From: an uncultured virus (IMG/VR IMGVR_UViG_3300024346_006890)
Taxonomy: Duplodnaviria; Heunggongvirae; Uroviricota; Caudoviricetes
DNA length: 64,000 nucleotides
Direction: 5' to 3' (one strand)
IMG/VR virus record: IMGVR_UViG_3300024346_006890
The notes under the pieces were generated by a model. That model did not search any database and was not told where the DNA came from. It saw only the letters and a list, made by a program, of their open reading frames with translations. Position 1 is the stretch's first letter, and the number at the start of each line of letters is the position of its first letter. The position numbers were made by a program, and so were the translations under genes. Positions 54,686 through 64,000 of the stretch are shown piece after piece.

Positions 54686-57160
54686 ATGTCTGATAATTTT
54701 AGAGAGTTTATTGTAACCCTCAAGGATAAAAAAGATTTAGAACAATTTTACCTTGACATGGAGAATTCAGGTACATCAGGAAATGTACCTGAAAGAGCTG
54801 TAGAATGTGTTAGTAGACGATCAATTAGTCGAAACACCCACTACAAGTTAACTAAGGAAGAAGTTGAAAAACTTAAAGCCGATCCTAGGGTTGAATCAAT
54901 AACTCTTAGATTGAAAGACATGGGTGTTAAAGCTAGTTTGCATAGCCAAACTGGCACCTGGAGTAGGGCCGACACTATCGATGTTGATCAGAAAAATTGG
55001 GGTTTGTATCGAACTACCTTAGTTGACAATGTCCCCGGTTGGGGATCAGAAAGTGGATCTAGTTCTCAAACGTCAACAATTAATGTGACGCCGTCGGGGA
55101 AAGATGTTGATATTGTTGTTTTAGATGAAATGCTTTATCCAAGTCATTCCGAATTCGATTCTCGTGTAGTGCAATATGACTGGTTTGCAAATCATAACAT
55201 TGCAGTCTGGCCTGAAAACCCAAATACAAATTATCAATACAATTTTTATTCGGGCGGCAACAACCATGCAACACATGTTGCTGGTATTATCGGTGGAAAT
55301 ACACAAGGCTGGGCTAGAGGTGCCAATCTTTATAATTTCAGGCATGATACATCAGATGTAAATGGAGCACCTGGCGATTATACACCATCACAGTATGTCA
55401 TCGATTATATTAGAGAATGGCATAACAATAAAAACACAAACCCAGAAACTGGTAGCACTAACCCAACCGTTGTTAACTGTAGCTGGGGTTTAGGCATCGG
55501 TGTAAATTATACTAATACAATTACCGGTAGTGGTAATAGTAGATTTAGCGAAATATTTTATAGAGGTTCTGTTGTTACTCCAGAAAGTATTGGACGAACA
55601 CCTGTAGACACAGGATTCAGTGGCGTTTGTAATGCTACAACACGACTAGCTACTCTTTCAAATTTAGTCAATGGCGGGAACAGACTTACAACTTCAGGTA
55701 CTGCAACTGGTGCATGTACATCGATTACGTTAAATTTACAAGGCGATGTCGGCATGACAGACTTAGGTGCACCGACATCATCTTCTGTTGACGGAGTTGA
55801 TGTGTACGACGATGCGTATTGGTCAGTGACTATCCCATTCACAGTAACGTATTGCGGAGGCGACTACACAACTTGCTCCGTTAGTACTAATAGTTTTGTA
55901 ATGTTTGGCGGTAGTGCATCTCAAGGATATACATATATTGTTGGAGCAAGTAGTCCGCCTGCTAGAAAAATTACTATATCAGCCGGTGACCGAAGTTGTC
56001 AAAGACTACTGACTAAGACTACAGGAACTACACCTAATAGAGAATTTACTGTTAGATGGGAAGGGCATGATGCTGCAAACGGCGGATTGCTAGGCAGTCC
56101 TACTACAGTCTGGGAAATAACATTTTACGAAAATACACCTACACAAATTGATTTGCATATTGGGAATAATGCATCATTTAGAGGTGAATTTACATTAGCT
56201 GACTTAGAAACTTACGGAATTGTACAAACAGGCTTCGATGCTCCATATCGAGATGCTGCGATGGATGCTGATATCACGGATGCTATAAATGATGGTATTA
56301 TTTTCGTTGGTTCAGCTGGCAACGGCGGATTTAAAGTTGATGTAGCAGGTGGCGGCGACTATAATAACTACTTTGTAGATAACGGCGAACCGTTTTATTA
56401 TCATAGAGGGGCAACGCCGTCAGCTAGTCACCCTAATGTTATCTGTGTAGGAGCATTCGATAGCTCCAGTCAAGAAAATAAATCAACAGTTAGTAATACC
56501 GGTCCAAGAGTAGATGTATATGCACCGGGCAAGAATATTATATCGTCAGTGTATGATAGTTTAGGACCAAATGGCGGAAACACTTCTGGTGCTGTCAACG
56601 ACGGCAGTGCTATACTTAATACATTAACTTCAGTATCGAGAAATGCAGGGAATACTGCTACAATATTTACTAGTTCACCTCATGGATTAACTGGGGATCC
56701 AATTAGTATTTCTTGCAGCGACTCTACCTTCAACGCTACTATGGTCAGTCCAATCATAACTGGATTACAAACTTTTGAATATACTAATGAAGGTGCCGAA
56801 TTGGCGGAAGTTGCTGCTACCGGTACTATAACCGTAGGGTATTTTTATCAAAAGTATAACGGAACTAGTATGTCCGCAGCGCAAGTCACTGGCATAACTG
56901 CCTTAGCATTAGAAACATATCCAAACATGACTTCGTACGATGCGAAAGAATATATAGTCGGCCATGCGCAGTCTAATAAAATGTTTACAACTGGAGGCGG
57001 CCATACTGATTATACATCACTGCAATCTGGAAATAACAAAATTCTTTATTATTACAAAGAGCGAGCAGATGAAGGTTTGGCATTCCCTAAACTAAATTGG
57101 AAGCTTCGACCGACTACAGGATCTGTATATCCAAGAACACGAATTAGAAAAACTCGCTAA
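54686..57160 (+). CDS. Subtilase (peptidase S8) with inserted domains
   Basis: Triad DIVVLD / HATHVAG / NGTSMS; oxyanion SAGN. Confidence 0.88.
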   Translation: MSDNFREFIVTLKDKKDLEQFYLDMENSGTSGNVPERAVECVSRRSISRNTHYKLTKEEVEKLKADPRVESITLRLKDMGVKASLHSQTGTWSRADTIDVDQKNWGLYRTTLVDNVPGWGSESGSSSQTSTINVTPSGKDVDIVVLDEMLYPSHSEFDSRVVQYDWFANHNIAVWPENPNTNYQYNFYSGGNNHATHVAGIIGGNTQGWARGANLYNFRHDTSDVNGAPGDYTPSQYVIDYIREWHNNKNTNPETGSTNPTVVNCSWGLGIGVNYTNTITGSGNSRFSEIFYRGSVVTPESIGRTPVDTGFSGVCNATTRLATLSNLVNGGNRLTTSGTATGACTSITLNLQGDVGMTDLGAPTSSSVDGVDVYDDAYWSVTIPFTVTYCGGDYTTCSVSTNSFVMFGGSASQGYTYIVGASSPPARKITISAGDRSCQRLLTKTTGTTPNREFTVRWEGHDAANGGLLGSPTTVWEITFYENTPTQIDLHIGNNASFRGEFTLADLETYGIVQTGFDAPYRDAAMDADITDAINDGIIFVGSAGNGGFKVDVAGGGDYNNYFVDNGEPFYYHRGATPSASHPNVICVGAFDSSSQENKSTVSNTGPRVDVYAPGKNIISSVYDSLGPNGGNTSGAVNDGSAILNTLTSVSRNAGNTATIFTSSPHGLTGDPISISCSDSTFNATMVSPIITGLQTFEYTNEGAELAEVAATGTITVGYFYQKYNGTSMSAAQVTGITALALETYPNMTSYDAKEYIVGHAQSNKMFTTGGGHTDYTSLQSGNNKILYYYKERADEGLAFPKLNWKLRPTTGSVYPRTRIRKTR

Positions 57161-57171
57161 GGAATTAAAAT

Positions 57172-59847
57172 ATGTCAATGATAGACTATGTTAAAAAGCG
57201 AGAATACATTGTAACATTAAAGAACTTCGAAGACTTAGAAGCATTTTACGCTGAGATGCAAGACTTTGGAAAGTTTCCAGGAAGCTGTGCTCCTGTTCGA
57301 GAAGTCGATTGTATCGAGCAACGACCTAGTAGCAGAAGTACACATTATTTGTTAACTGACTGGGAAGCAAGTGAATTAAGAGACGACATTCGAGTTCAAT
57401 CAGTTGAGTTACATCCGTCATTAAAAGGTATAACAGCAGGAGAATTTGCAGCTACAAAAACACAAACTTCTAGTAACTGGAATAAATCAACTAGTACTAG
57501 TAGCAATATGTTAAATTTTGCACTGCTTCGTTGTACAGAAGAAGTAAATAGAGCAGGGTGGGGAAGCGACGGAACACCCAATGCTACAGGAACTGTAACA
57601 TTAAGTGCCACTGGTAAAAATGTCGACGTTGTTATAGTTGACGGGGACGGAGTTGCACTAGGACATCCTGAGTATGCAGTAAACGCAGACGGCACAGGTG
57701 GAACAAGATTTAATGAATATAACTGGTATCAACATAATTTAGCAGTTAAAGGAACAGCTCCCGGAACTTACACATATAGTCCATCAGTATACAGTAGTCA
57801 TGCAACGCATACAACAGGAACTACCGCAGGTAATACGCAAGGATGGGCTAGAGATGCTAATCTTTACAATATATATTATCTAGCAGGTGACGGAGCAGAT
57901 TACAACTTTCCTTGGGTTATGGACTATGTTAGAGAATTTCATAGAACTAAATCTATTAATCCGGAAACTGGGCGCAAGAATCCTACAATAACAAACAATA
58001 GCTGGGGAATGAGTATATTTCCGGCAGAATGGTCATTTTCCGATATCACAGCAGTAACTTATAGAGGAACTAGGTACACTCCTAGCGCAGGCGGTGCAAC
58101 ATATACAGGATATAGCGGAGTTTGTACTTCTAATGCTAGATTGGCTACACTTGTTGGTGAAGAAAATATCGGTAACAGAATTTCAACAGACGGGCCTTAC
58201 ACTCCGCCATCTGGTTCAATTTTATCTAAACCTACTACTTGGATACAAGAGGGACAATCAGCATACCTTGCAGATTTTGCACAACCGGATCCAAGTTACG
58301 AATTAACTATAAGTGGGCCGGCTGATATTAATTTAATTCATAATGTTGCCATGGACGCTGTTAGTGGTGCTATGTCAATCTCCGGACTTATTACCGTTAG
58401 AGATCAATCATCAAATATTGTTCATACATTCTCCGATGCTGCAAGCAGCACCGATGGCGGAACTATTGAAATAAACGCATCAGCGACTAATATTTCTTTA
58501 CCTAACATTCAAACTTATACTGTAACATTTGATACAACTATAACTTCCGACGGACAAAATATTACCTATGCCACTGGCATGAGCTTAACTGTTATAACAG
58601 AATCAACACCTGCAACAGCTACGGTAACAGAAATTACAAATTCGCTATTAGGTGCAGCATCATTAACACCGTCTACTACGCCAACTTCAGGAAATAATGA
58701 TGATGGTTTTTGGGAATTAACGCTACCTTTTAATATTTCATATCTCGGAAACAGTTATAATACAATTTATGTTGGTACTAATTCATATCTTACATTTACA
58801 GCAGGATCTGTTGCTTACTCAAGCCTCGGAGCAGCGAATCCTAATTTACCAAAAATAATGTGGAGTTCTGCAGATAACAGTGTTCAGCGTATATATTATG
58901 GGGTAGAAGGTACTGCTCCAAATAGAGTTTACAGAATAAGAGTAGAAGGCAACGGTGGTGTTAGCGGTACATTAGGATCTCCTAATATGGTGTCTGAGTA
59001 CGTTTTCTATGAGGATACTCCTAATCAGATAGATTTACAACTAGGTGCAAATAATAGAAAAACAACATCTAGCGGATTTACTTCAGGACAATTAAATTCC
59101 TGGGGATTTATTTCTGGACAACGTATACCTGCCAGAGTCGCTGCACTAGATGCCGATGTCGAAGATGCTATGGCAGAAGGTATTATCTACGTAGGAGCAG
59201 CTGGTAACGGATTATGGAAACACGATGTGCCGGGCGGTCTTGACTGGAATAATACTTTTGAGATGGGTACTAGATACCCAGGGCAAGTTTATTATTACAT
59301 GAGAGGTTCCAGTCCAACTGCAAATGATACAACTAGTCACCCTGACGGCACTTACGAATTACCAAATATTTGTGTAGGTGCAACAGATTTACAAACAATC
59401 GATCAAAAATCTTACTATAGCGATTGTGGCCCAGGTGTTGATATTTGGGCTCCAGGAACTGGTATATTGAGTGCATATAACTCCGGTGTTTCTGATCCTA
59501 GAAGTACTGGGACGACATATTATCTAGGAAAAATAAACGGAACTAGTATGGCTAGTCCTCAAGTCTGCGGAGTTCTTGCGTGTGCATTAGAATTAAATCC
59601 TCATTGGAATCAGGTGCAGGCAAAAGCATTTATTACGGGTGTTGCTAAATCGAATCAGGTAATATCTACATCTGGCGGGCCGGCTGATATTAGAGATACT
59701 CAAAATGCTGCTGACAAATTCTTGTTTTACAGGAACGATCGTCCTAGTAGCGGTCAAACTTTACCAAAAAACACACAAGGTGTGCGCCCCAACAATGGTT
59801 TAGCATGGCCGCGTCCTAAAATTTATAGATACGGTAGTTCATACTAA
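57172..59847 (+). CDS. Subtilase (peptidase S8) with inserted domains
   Basis: Triad DVVIVD / HATHTTG / NGTSMASP; AAGN. Confidence 0.88.
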   Translation: MSMIDYVKKREYIVTLKNFEDLEAFYAEMQDFGKFPGSCAPVREVDCIEQRPSSRSTHYLLTDWEASELRDDIRVQSVELHPSLKGITAGEFAATKTQTSSNWNKSTSTSSNMLNFALLRCTEEVNRAGWGSDGTPNATGTVTLSATGKNVDVVIVDGDGVALGHPEYAVNADGTGGTRFNEYNWYQHNLAVKGTAPGTYTYSPSVYSSHATHTTGTTAGNTQGWARDANLYNIYYLAGDGADYNFPWVMDYVREFHRTKSINPETGRKNPTITNNSWGMSIFPAEWSFSDITAVTYRGTRYTPSAGGATYTGYSGVCTSNARLATLVGEENIGNRISTDGPYTPPSGSILSKPTTWIQEGQSAYLADFAQPDPSYELTISGPADINLIHNVAMDAVSGAMSISGLITVRDQSSNIVHTFSDAASSTDGGTIEINASATNISLPNIQTYTVTFDTTITSDGQNITYATGMSLTVITESTPATATVTEITNSLLGAASLTPSTTPTSGNNDDGFWELTLPFNISYLGNSYNTIYVGTNSYLTFTAGSVAYSSLGAANPNLPKIMWSSADNSVQRIYYGVEGTAPNRVYRIRVEGNGGVSGTLGSPNMVSEYVFYEDTPNQIDLQLGANNRKTTSSGFTSGQLNSWGFISGQRIPARVAALDADVEDAMAEGIIYVGAAGNGLWKHDVPGGLDWNNTFEMGTRYPGQVYYYMRGSSPTANDTTSHPDGTYELPNICVGATDLQTIDQKSYYSDCGPGVDIWAPGTGILSAYNSGVSDPRSTGTTYYLGKINGTSMASPQVCGVLACALELNPHWNQVQAKAFITGVAKSNQVISTSGGPADIRDTQNAADKFLFYRNDRPSSGQTLPKNTQGVRPNNGLAWPRPKIYRYGSSY

Positions 59848-59890
59848 ACTGCTCTCTCGTTTTTGGGTAAATACATAAACCGGAGCTAAA

Positions 59891-62800
59891 ATGGCGCTAT
59901 CTGTATGGACACAATTATCGGGATATAGTTTTGGGACTATAAATGAAAGACAAACTGTTAATATCCCACTTCCCGTTCTGTTTACCGCTAATGTAACATT
60001 TAAAGTTATTAGTGGTAAATTACCACCAGGTTTACGAATTGTAAATAGCAATATTGTCGGTACGCCTTACGAAGTTCCAAGAACTACAGATTTTAAATTT
60101 GTAATACGTGCCAGTAATACAGACGGAATTTCTGATAGAACTTTCTATTTCACAGTAGAAGGCGCCGACGAACCAAATTGGGTCACTCCTACCGGGCCGT
60201 TGCCTGTAGGAAGCAACGATGCATATTATATTTTAGATAGCAGTTATATAGATTTTCAACTAATAGTTAGTGATACAGATACTGCTACTGGACAAAAACT
60301 TCACTTTTTTATTGCCAGCGACGAAGGCGAACTTCCTCCCGGACTTGTATTAACTACAGAAGGGCGTATTACTGGATTTGTACAACCGTTATTAGCTGTT
60401 CCACTAGCTGCTGGTAGCGGATCGTACGACGAGGGATTGTATGATCAAGTAGCATATGATTTTGGTTATCGACCAAGCAACGGATACGACACTTACGTAT
60501 TTGATTTAACAGTATTCGACTTTAGCGTCCCAACCGGTCGACCTAGAAAACTTAATAGAAATTACGAATTCTTAGTAACTGTAACAGACGGTGATACTAT
60601 TGCTAAAAGAAAATTTAGAATATTTGTAGTCGGCGACGATTTCTTTAGAGCAGATAATATTGTTGAGCAAGCAGGAACTGGAGTATACACTGCTGACATA
60701 ACTTACGTTAGGGCTCCGATATTTACTACGCCGAACTATTTAGGTTTACGTAGAGCAAACAATTACCAGACGTTTATGATTGAAACATATGATGGGTTTA
60801 CTGATCTAGGACCTATCACGTATCAGTTGTCTGATGTGAATTCTTTAATTAGCGGTATTTGTATTCGAGAATTGCCCACTGATAATATTGTAGGATCGTT
60901 GTTTATAAGATTAGAAAGATCGAGCGATGTGCCACAAGTAGGATACAAGATTAGTTTTAATGGTGAGTTTGACGGTGCTACAGGCGCAATCTATGAAATT
61001 ATAGATGTAGATGTGTTAGGTGGGGATATCTATAGACTCACTTTAGACACTGGGTTAGAAATGACTATTCCTAATAGTACTGGAATATACATGGGCACAA
61101 TGTCTGAACTACCACCAAGGATGGAATTTGATTTTACTACTGGAGAAGTATTCGGTGTTGTTCCTTACCAACCAGCAATTACGCAAACTTACCAGTTTAC
61201 AATTAAGGCATATCGATTTGGACAAGGCTCTGAAAAAGCAGTTAGTAGACGTGTGTTTACTGTTGACATATTAGGAGAAGTAGAAAGTGTAATGAGTTGG
61301 ATTAGTCCAACAGATTTAGGAACTATAGACTCTGGCTACGTAAGCACACTAGCAATAAAGGCAGCTTCTACATTATCAACTAGTGCAATTCTATACACAC
61401 TAGAAAGTGGCAGACTTCCTTTAGGATTAACTCTAAACTTAGATGGCGAAGTTACTGGAAAGGTTAATCAGTTATCTAGCTTGTTCCGATATAAAAGTTA
61501 TTGGAAAAGCTCAACCTCGTACAACCCGCGAGATATTGTAAAAATAAACAACATACGAGGTATTAAGAGTGTAACTAGAAGAAAAAATATAGCTAGTGTT
61601 GTAACCAGCGTTGATCACGATTTCTTAACGGGCGACTTAGTTGAAATTGTGTCAGATGATTTAGGATTTAATTACTACAATGCAGTTGAGGTAGATATTT
61701 CTCCTATACAATTAGAATCATTTACTAGTATTACAGGATCCGGGCCTTATAGAATAACATTTGCAATACCTACTCAGAAAATTGCTCCATTGGCTCCTGT
61801 AGTTACATTAATAAGCGGAACAGCAATTTCAACTGCACCTGCTGTTTATAATAATGTTTCTGCATCAAGCTCAACAGGTTTGGGTACCGGTGCACGATTT
61901 AGAGTTGAAAAAGGAAACAACGGAATTTTAGGCACACCGACATATGTTGGAGTGACAACAATATCATTGCTAGATCCCGGAACTGGGTATCTCCCAGGCG
62001 ATAGGATAACTATTTCTGGTGCTGATCTCGGAGGGACTAACGGAACACACGATTTAACATTTACAACATCCACCGGTCTTGAATTTTATTACAGGATCAA
62101 CGGAAACAGTAATACTAATTTCAATGGAAGATTCTTTGCAACATCTTCAACATCGAGTAGTATAACATTAAACTTCGAAGAAGATCCGGGAACTTGGGGT
62201 TCAGGCACTATTAGTGTTACAACTGGTCCTGGCACCTATGAAGGACAAACTTTAATAATACCAGTAAACTACTTTAACTATCCAAATAAAGGCAAATCGT
62301 TATCGATGAAGGTAGCTAGCGGTACTACTTACAATGCTCCAATATATTACAAGGCAAATACTGCACACACTTCAGGATTAACATTTAACGCCGTTTACTG
62401 GGATCTATATCGGTTCCCTGAAGAAGATTTGTCATTAACTACTTTTGATCAGGGAAGTTTAACAATTGACGGTAACGAAACTTCGTTAGATAGAAAATAC
62501 ACGTTTACAGTACATGCTAGAGATCAATTAGGTTATAGTGCTGTTACTAAAACATTTACCTTAACTGTTAATACACCTAACGATACTTACTACAGTAATA
62601 TTAGTACTCGTCCATTTTTAAAACTTGAACAACGAGATATGTTCAAGGAATTTATAAATGACCCTTCTGTGTTTAATCCATCATTAATTTACAGGCCAAC
62701 AGATACATACTTTGGGATACAACGAGATTTAAGGATGTTAGTGTTTGCAGGAATAGAAACTAAGTCTGCCGCAGAGTATGTAAGTGCGATGGGTAGAAAT

Positions 62801-63433
62801 CACAGGACTAAGAGATTTAAATTTGGCGAAGTTAAGAAAGCAGTTGCTAAAACTCCAGGTACTAACGATGTAATTTACGAAGTGATATACTTAGAAATGT
62901 TAGACCCTCTAGAAAAAGATGGTAAACATTTACCGCTATCGCTTAAATTAAATTCGTCTAATGTGCAAATAAAAGTAGACCAAACTGGAGAATTTTATAA
63001 AGGACCATTTGATACAGTTAACCCATACTGGAAACGTCCAATACCTTTATATGCGACAATAGACAGGAATGACATTTTTGCTGGCGACTCTGGTTCAAGA
63101 ATTAAATTGCCATCGAGCATTAGTTTATGGCGGTATCGAATTAAAAATATGACTAACACCCAAAGTGAAAGAAACTACTTACCGCTTTGGATGCGTAGTA
63201 TTCAACCGGAACAAACCCAAGAAATCAACTTTGTTCCAGCAGTACCATTATGTTACTGCAAACCAGGTGGAGCAGATGAGATTATACTGAATATAAAAAA
63301 TTATATTAAAAATAACCCATTTAACTTCAATTTATTAGATTATACCGTTGACAGATATATAATAGATTCTGTCGAGGGTGAGTACACAGATAAATATCTT
63401 GTATTTAGAAACGATAGGACTACAATAACATGA
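59891..63433 (+). CDS. Virion structural protein with putative Ig (He_PIG-like) repeats
   Basis: Repeated SGKLPPGL / GELPPGL / GRLPLGL...G.ITG units. Confidence 0.8.
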   Translation: MALSVWTQLSGYSFGTINERQTVNIPLPVLFTANVTFKVISGKLPPGLRIVNSNIVGTPYEVPRTTDFKFVIRASNTDGISDRTFYFTVEGADEPNWVTPTGPLPVGSNDAYYILDSSYIDFQLIVSDTDTATGQKLHFFIASDEGELPPGLVLTTEGRITGFVQPLLAVPLAAGSGSYDEGLYDQVAYDFGYRPSNGYDTYVFDLTVFDFSVPTGRPRKLNRNYEFLVTVTDGDTIAKRKFRIFVVGDDFFRADNIVEQAGTGVYTADITYVRAPIFTTPNYLGLRRANNYQTFMIETYDGFTDLGPITYQLSDVNSLISGICIRELPTDNIVGSLFIRLERSSDVPQVGYKISFNGEFDGATGAIYEIIDVDVLGGDIYRLTLDTGLEMTIPNSTGIYMGTMSELPPRMEFDFTTGEVFGVVPYQPAITQTYQFTIKAYRFGQGSEKAVSRRVFTVDILGEVESVMSWISPTDLGTIDSGYVSTLAIKAASTLSTSAILYTLESGRLPLGLTLNLDGEVTGKVNQLSSLFRYKSYWKSSTSYNPRDIVKINNIRGIKSVTRRKNIASVVTSVDHDFLTGDLVEIVSDDLGFNYYNAVEVDISPIQLESFTSITGSGPYRITFAIPTQKIAPLAPVVTLISGTAISTAPAVYNNVSASSSTGLGTGARFRVEKGNNGILGTPTYVGVTTISLLDPGTGYLPGDRITISGADLGGTNGTHDLTFTTSTGLEFYYRINGNSNTNFNGRFFATSSTSSSITLNFEEDPGTWGSGTISVTTGPGTYEGQTLIIPVNYFNYPNKGKSLSMKVASGTTYNAPIYYKANTAHTSGLTFNAVYWDLYRFPEEDLSLTTFDQGSLTIDGNETSLDRKYTFTVHARDQLGYSAVTKTFTLTVNTPNDTYYSNISTRPFLKLEQRDMFKEFINDPSVFNPSLIYRPTDTYFGIQRDLRMLVFAGIETKSAAEYVSAMGRNHRTKRFKFGEVKKAVAKTPGTNDVIYEVIYLEMLDPLEKDGKHLPLSLKLNSSNVQIKVDQTGEFYKGPFDTVNPYWKRPIPLYATIDRNDIFAGDSGSRIKLPSSISLWRYRIKNMTNTQSERNYLPLWMRSIQPEQTQEINFVPAVPLCYCKPGGADEIILNIKNYIKNNPFNFNLLDYTVDRYIIDSVEGEYTDKYLVFRNDRTTIT

Positions 63434-64000
63434 CAAGTGCAATAATTTCGTCAACGATAGACGCAGATTTTCCAATTGCTGGCCAGGACAACGATAGCCA
63501 GGGTTTTAGAGATAATTTCACAATTATCAAAGATGGACTAGCAACTGCTGGCGCCGAAATTACCGTGCTGCAAGATAATACTGCAAAAACTAATGCAGAC
63601 AATGATTTTAACGGCAATGTAATCGATAATGCTCAAACTAACAGACTTTTCGGAACAGTTTATACCACTACAACTACATCACTTACAAATGTCAGTTTAA
63701 ATAACGGAGAATACCAAGATATTACCGTTAGTGGCAACCATACATTAACATTAGTTGATTGGCCAGGTACAGGTTTGTACGCTAAAATTAAACTTGGATT
63801 GAAAAGTAACGGAGCAACAAGGACAATTACATTTGCTACTGAAGCTGGCGGAGTTATTAAAAAAGAAATCACTCAAGCGTTGGCTGCTGCAACCGGAGCA
63901 GACAGATCACCGTCTAGCGGTGCCACAACTTCAGGTTATTTAAGTTTTCTAAAATCTAACTTAACTAATACATTCCAAGCGTCTGAAAGACTGTTCGGAA
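63430..64000 (+). CDS. Virion structural protein, 3'-truncated (not in ORF track)
   Basis: ATGA-coupled; MTSAIISSTIDADFPIAGQDNDSQGFRDNF...; no stop seen before the window end. Confidence 0.75.
   Translation, partial: MTSAIISSTIDADFPIAGQDNDSQGFRDNFTIIKDGLATAGAEITVLQDNTAKTNADNDFNGNVIDNAQTNRLFGTVYTTTTTSLTNVSLNNGEYQDITVSGNHTLTLVDWPGTGLYAKIKLGLKSNGATRTITFATEAGGVIKKEITQALAAATGADRSPSSGATTSGYLSFLKSNLTNTFQASERLFG

Noticed and set aside
94..63872. Numerous short antisense or nested ORFs in the ORF track (e.g. 39789-40352, 9125-9511, 52263-52688)
   Set aside because: They overlap well-supported genes in another frame or strand and have no motifs or RBS; shadow ORFs.
1..64000. tRNA/rRNA genes and alternative genetic code
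   Set aside because: No cloverleaf or rRNA-like segment was seen in the short intergenic gaps, and known proteins translate full length with the standard code. tRNAscan-SE was not run.

Overview
The window is best read as part of a large (jumbo-type), T4-like tailed phage genome, probably infecting a proteobacterium. Support: dense, mostly + strand small ORFs, consensus sigma70 promoters, cUUCGg terminators, host-like genes (infA, clpP, erpA-like, BI-1/YccA, uvsE, queD-like, ATP-dependent DNA ligase) and a virion gene block from 41.6 kb to the end. It has four parts. (1) 1-4.7 kb: early/accessory genes, including a DUF2828 vWA protein, phosphatases, a kinase and small ORFs joined by a repeated junction sequence. 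(2) 4.7-27.4 kb: a sharply bounded, AT-rich-looking, strand-switching island of about 26 genes that looks like a biosynthetic gene cluster. It holds 3 membrane desaturases, 7 HxD...H Fe(II) oxygenases, 4 PP-loop (S[G/S]GxDS) ATP pyrophosphatases, 2 radical SAM enzymes, an acyl-CoA ligase, SDR, BKACE, class II aldolase and 2 GNAT-like proteins. At its centre is a LuxR/NarL-type regulator, a perfect 7-2-7 operator, a DUF2061 membrane protein and a DctP that lacks a signal peptide. (3) 27.4-41.6 kb: conserved phage and host-takeover genes, including a preQ1-I-like RNA structure ahead of an atypical queD. (4) 41.6-64 kb: baseplate/tail-fibre genes and two tandem subtilases. The best candidates for undescribed systems are the phage-wired biosynthetic/sensing island and the riboswitch-like queD leader. 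I saw no tRNA, rRNA, CRISPR array, integrase or transposase. All family calls are motif recognition by eye; no database searches were run.
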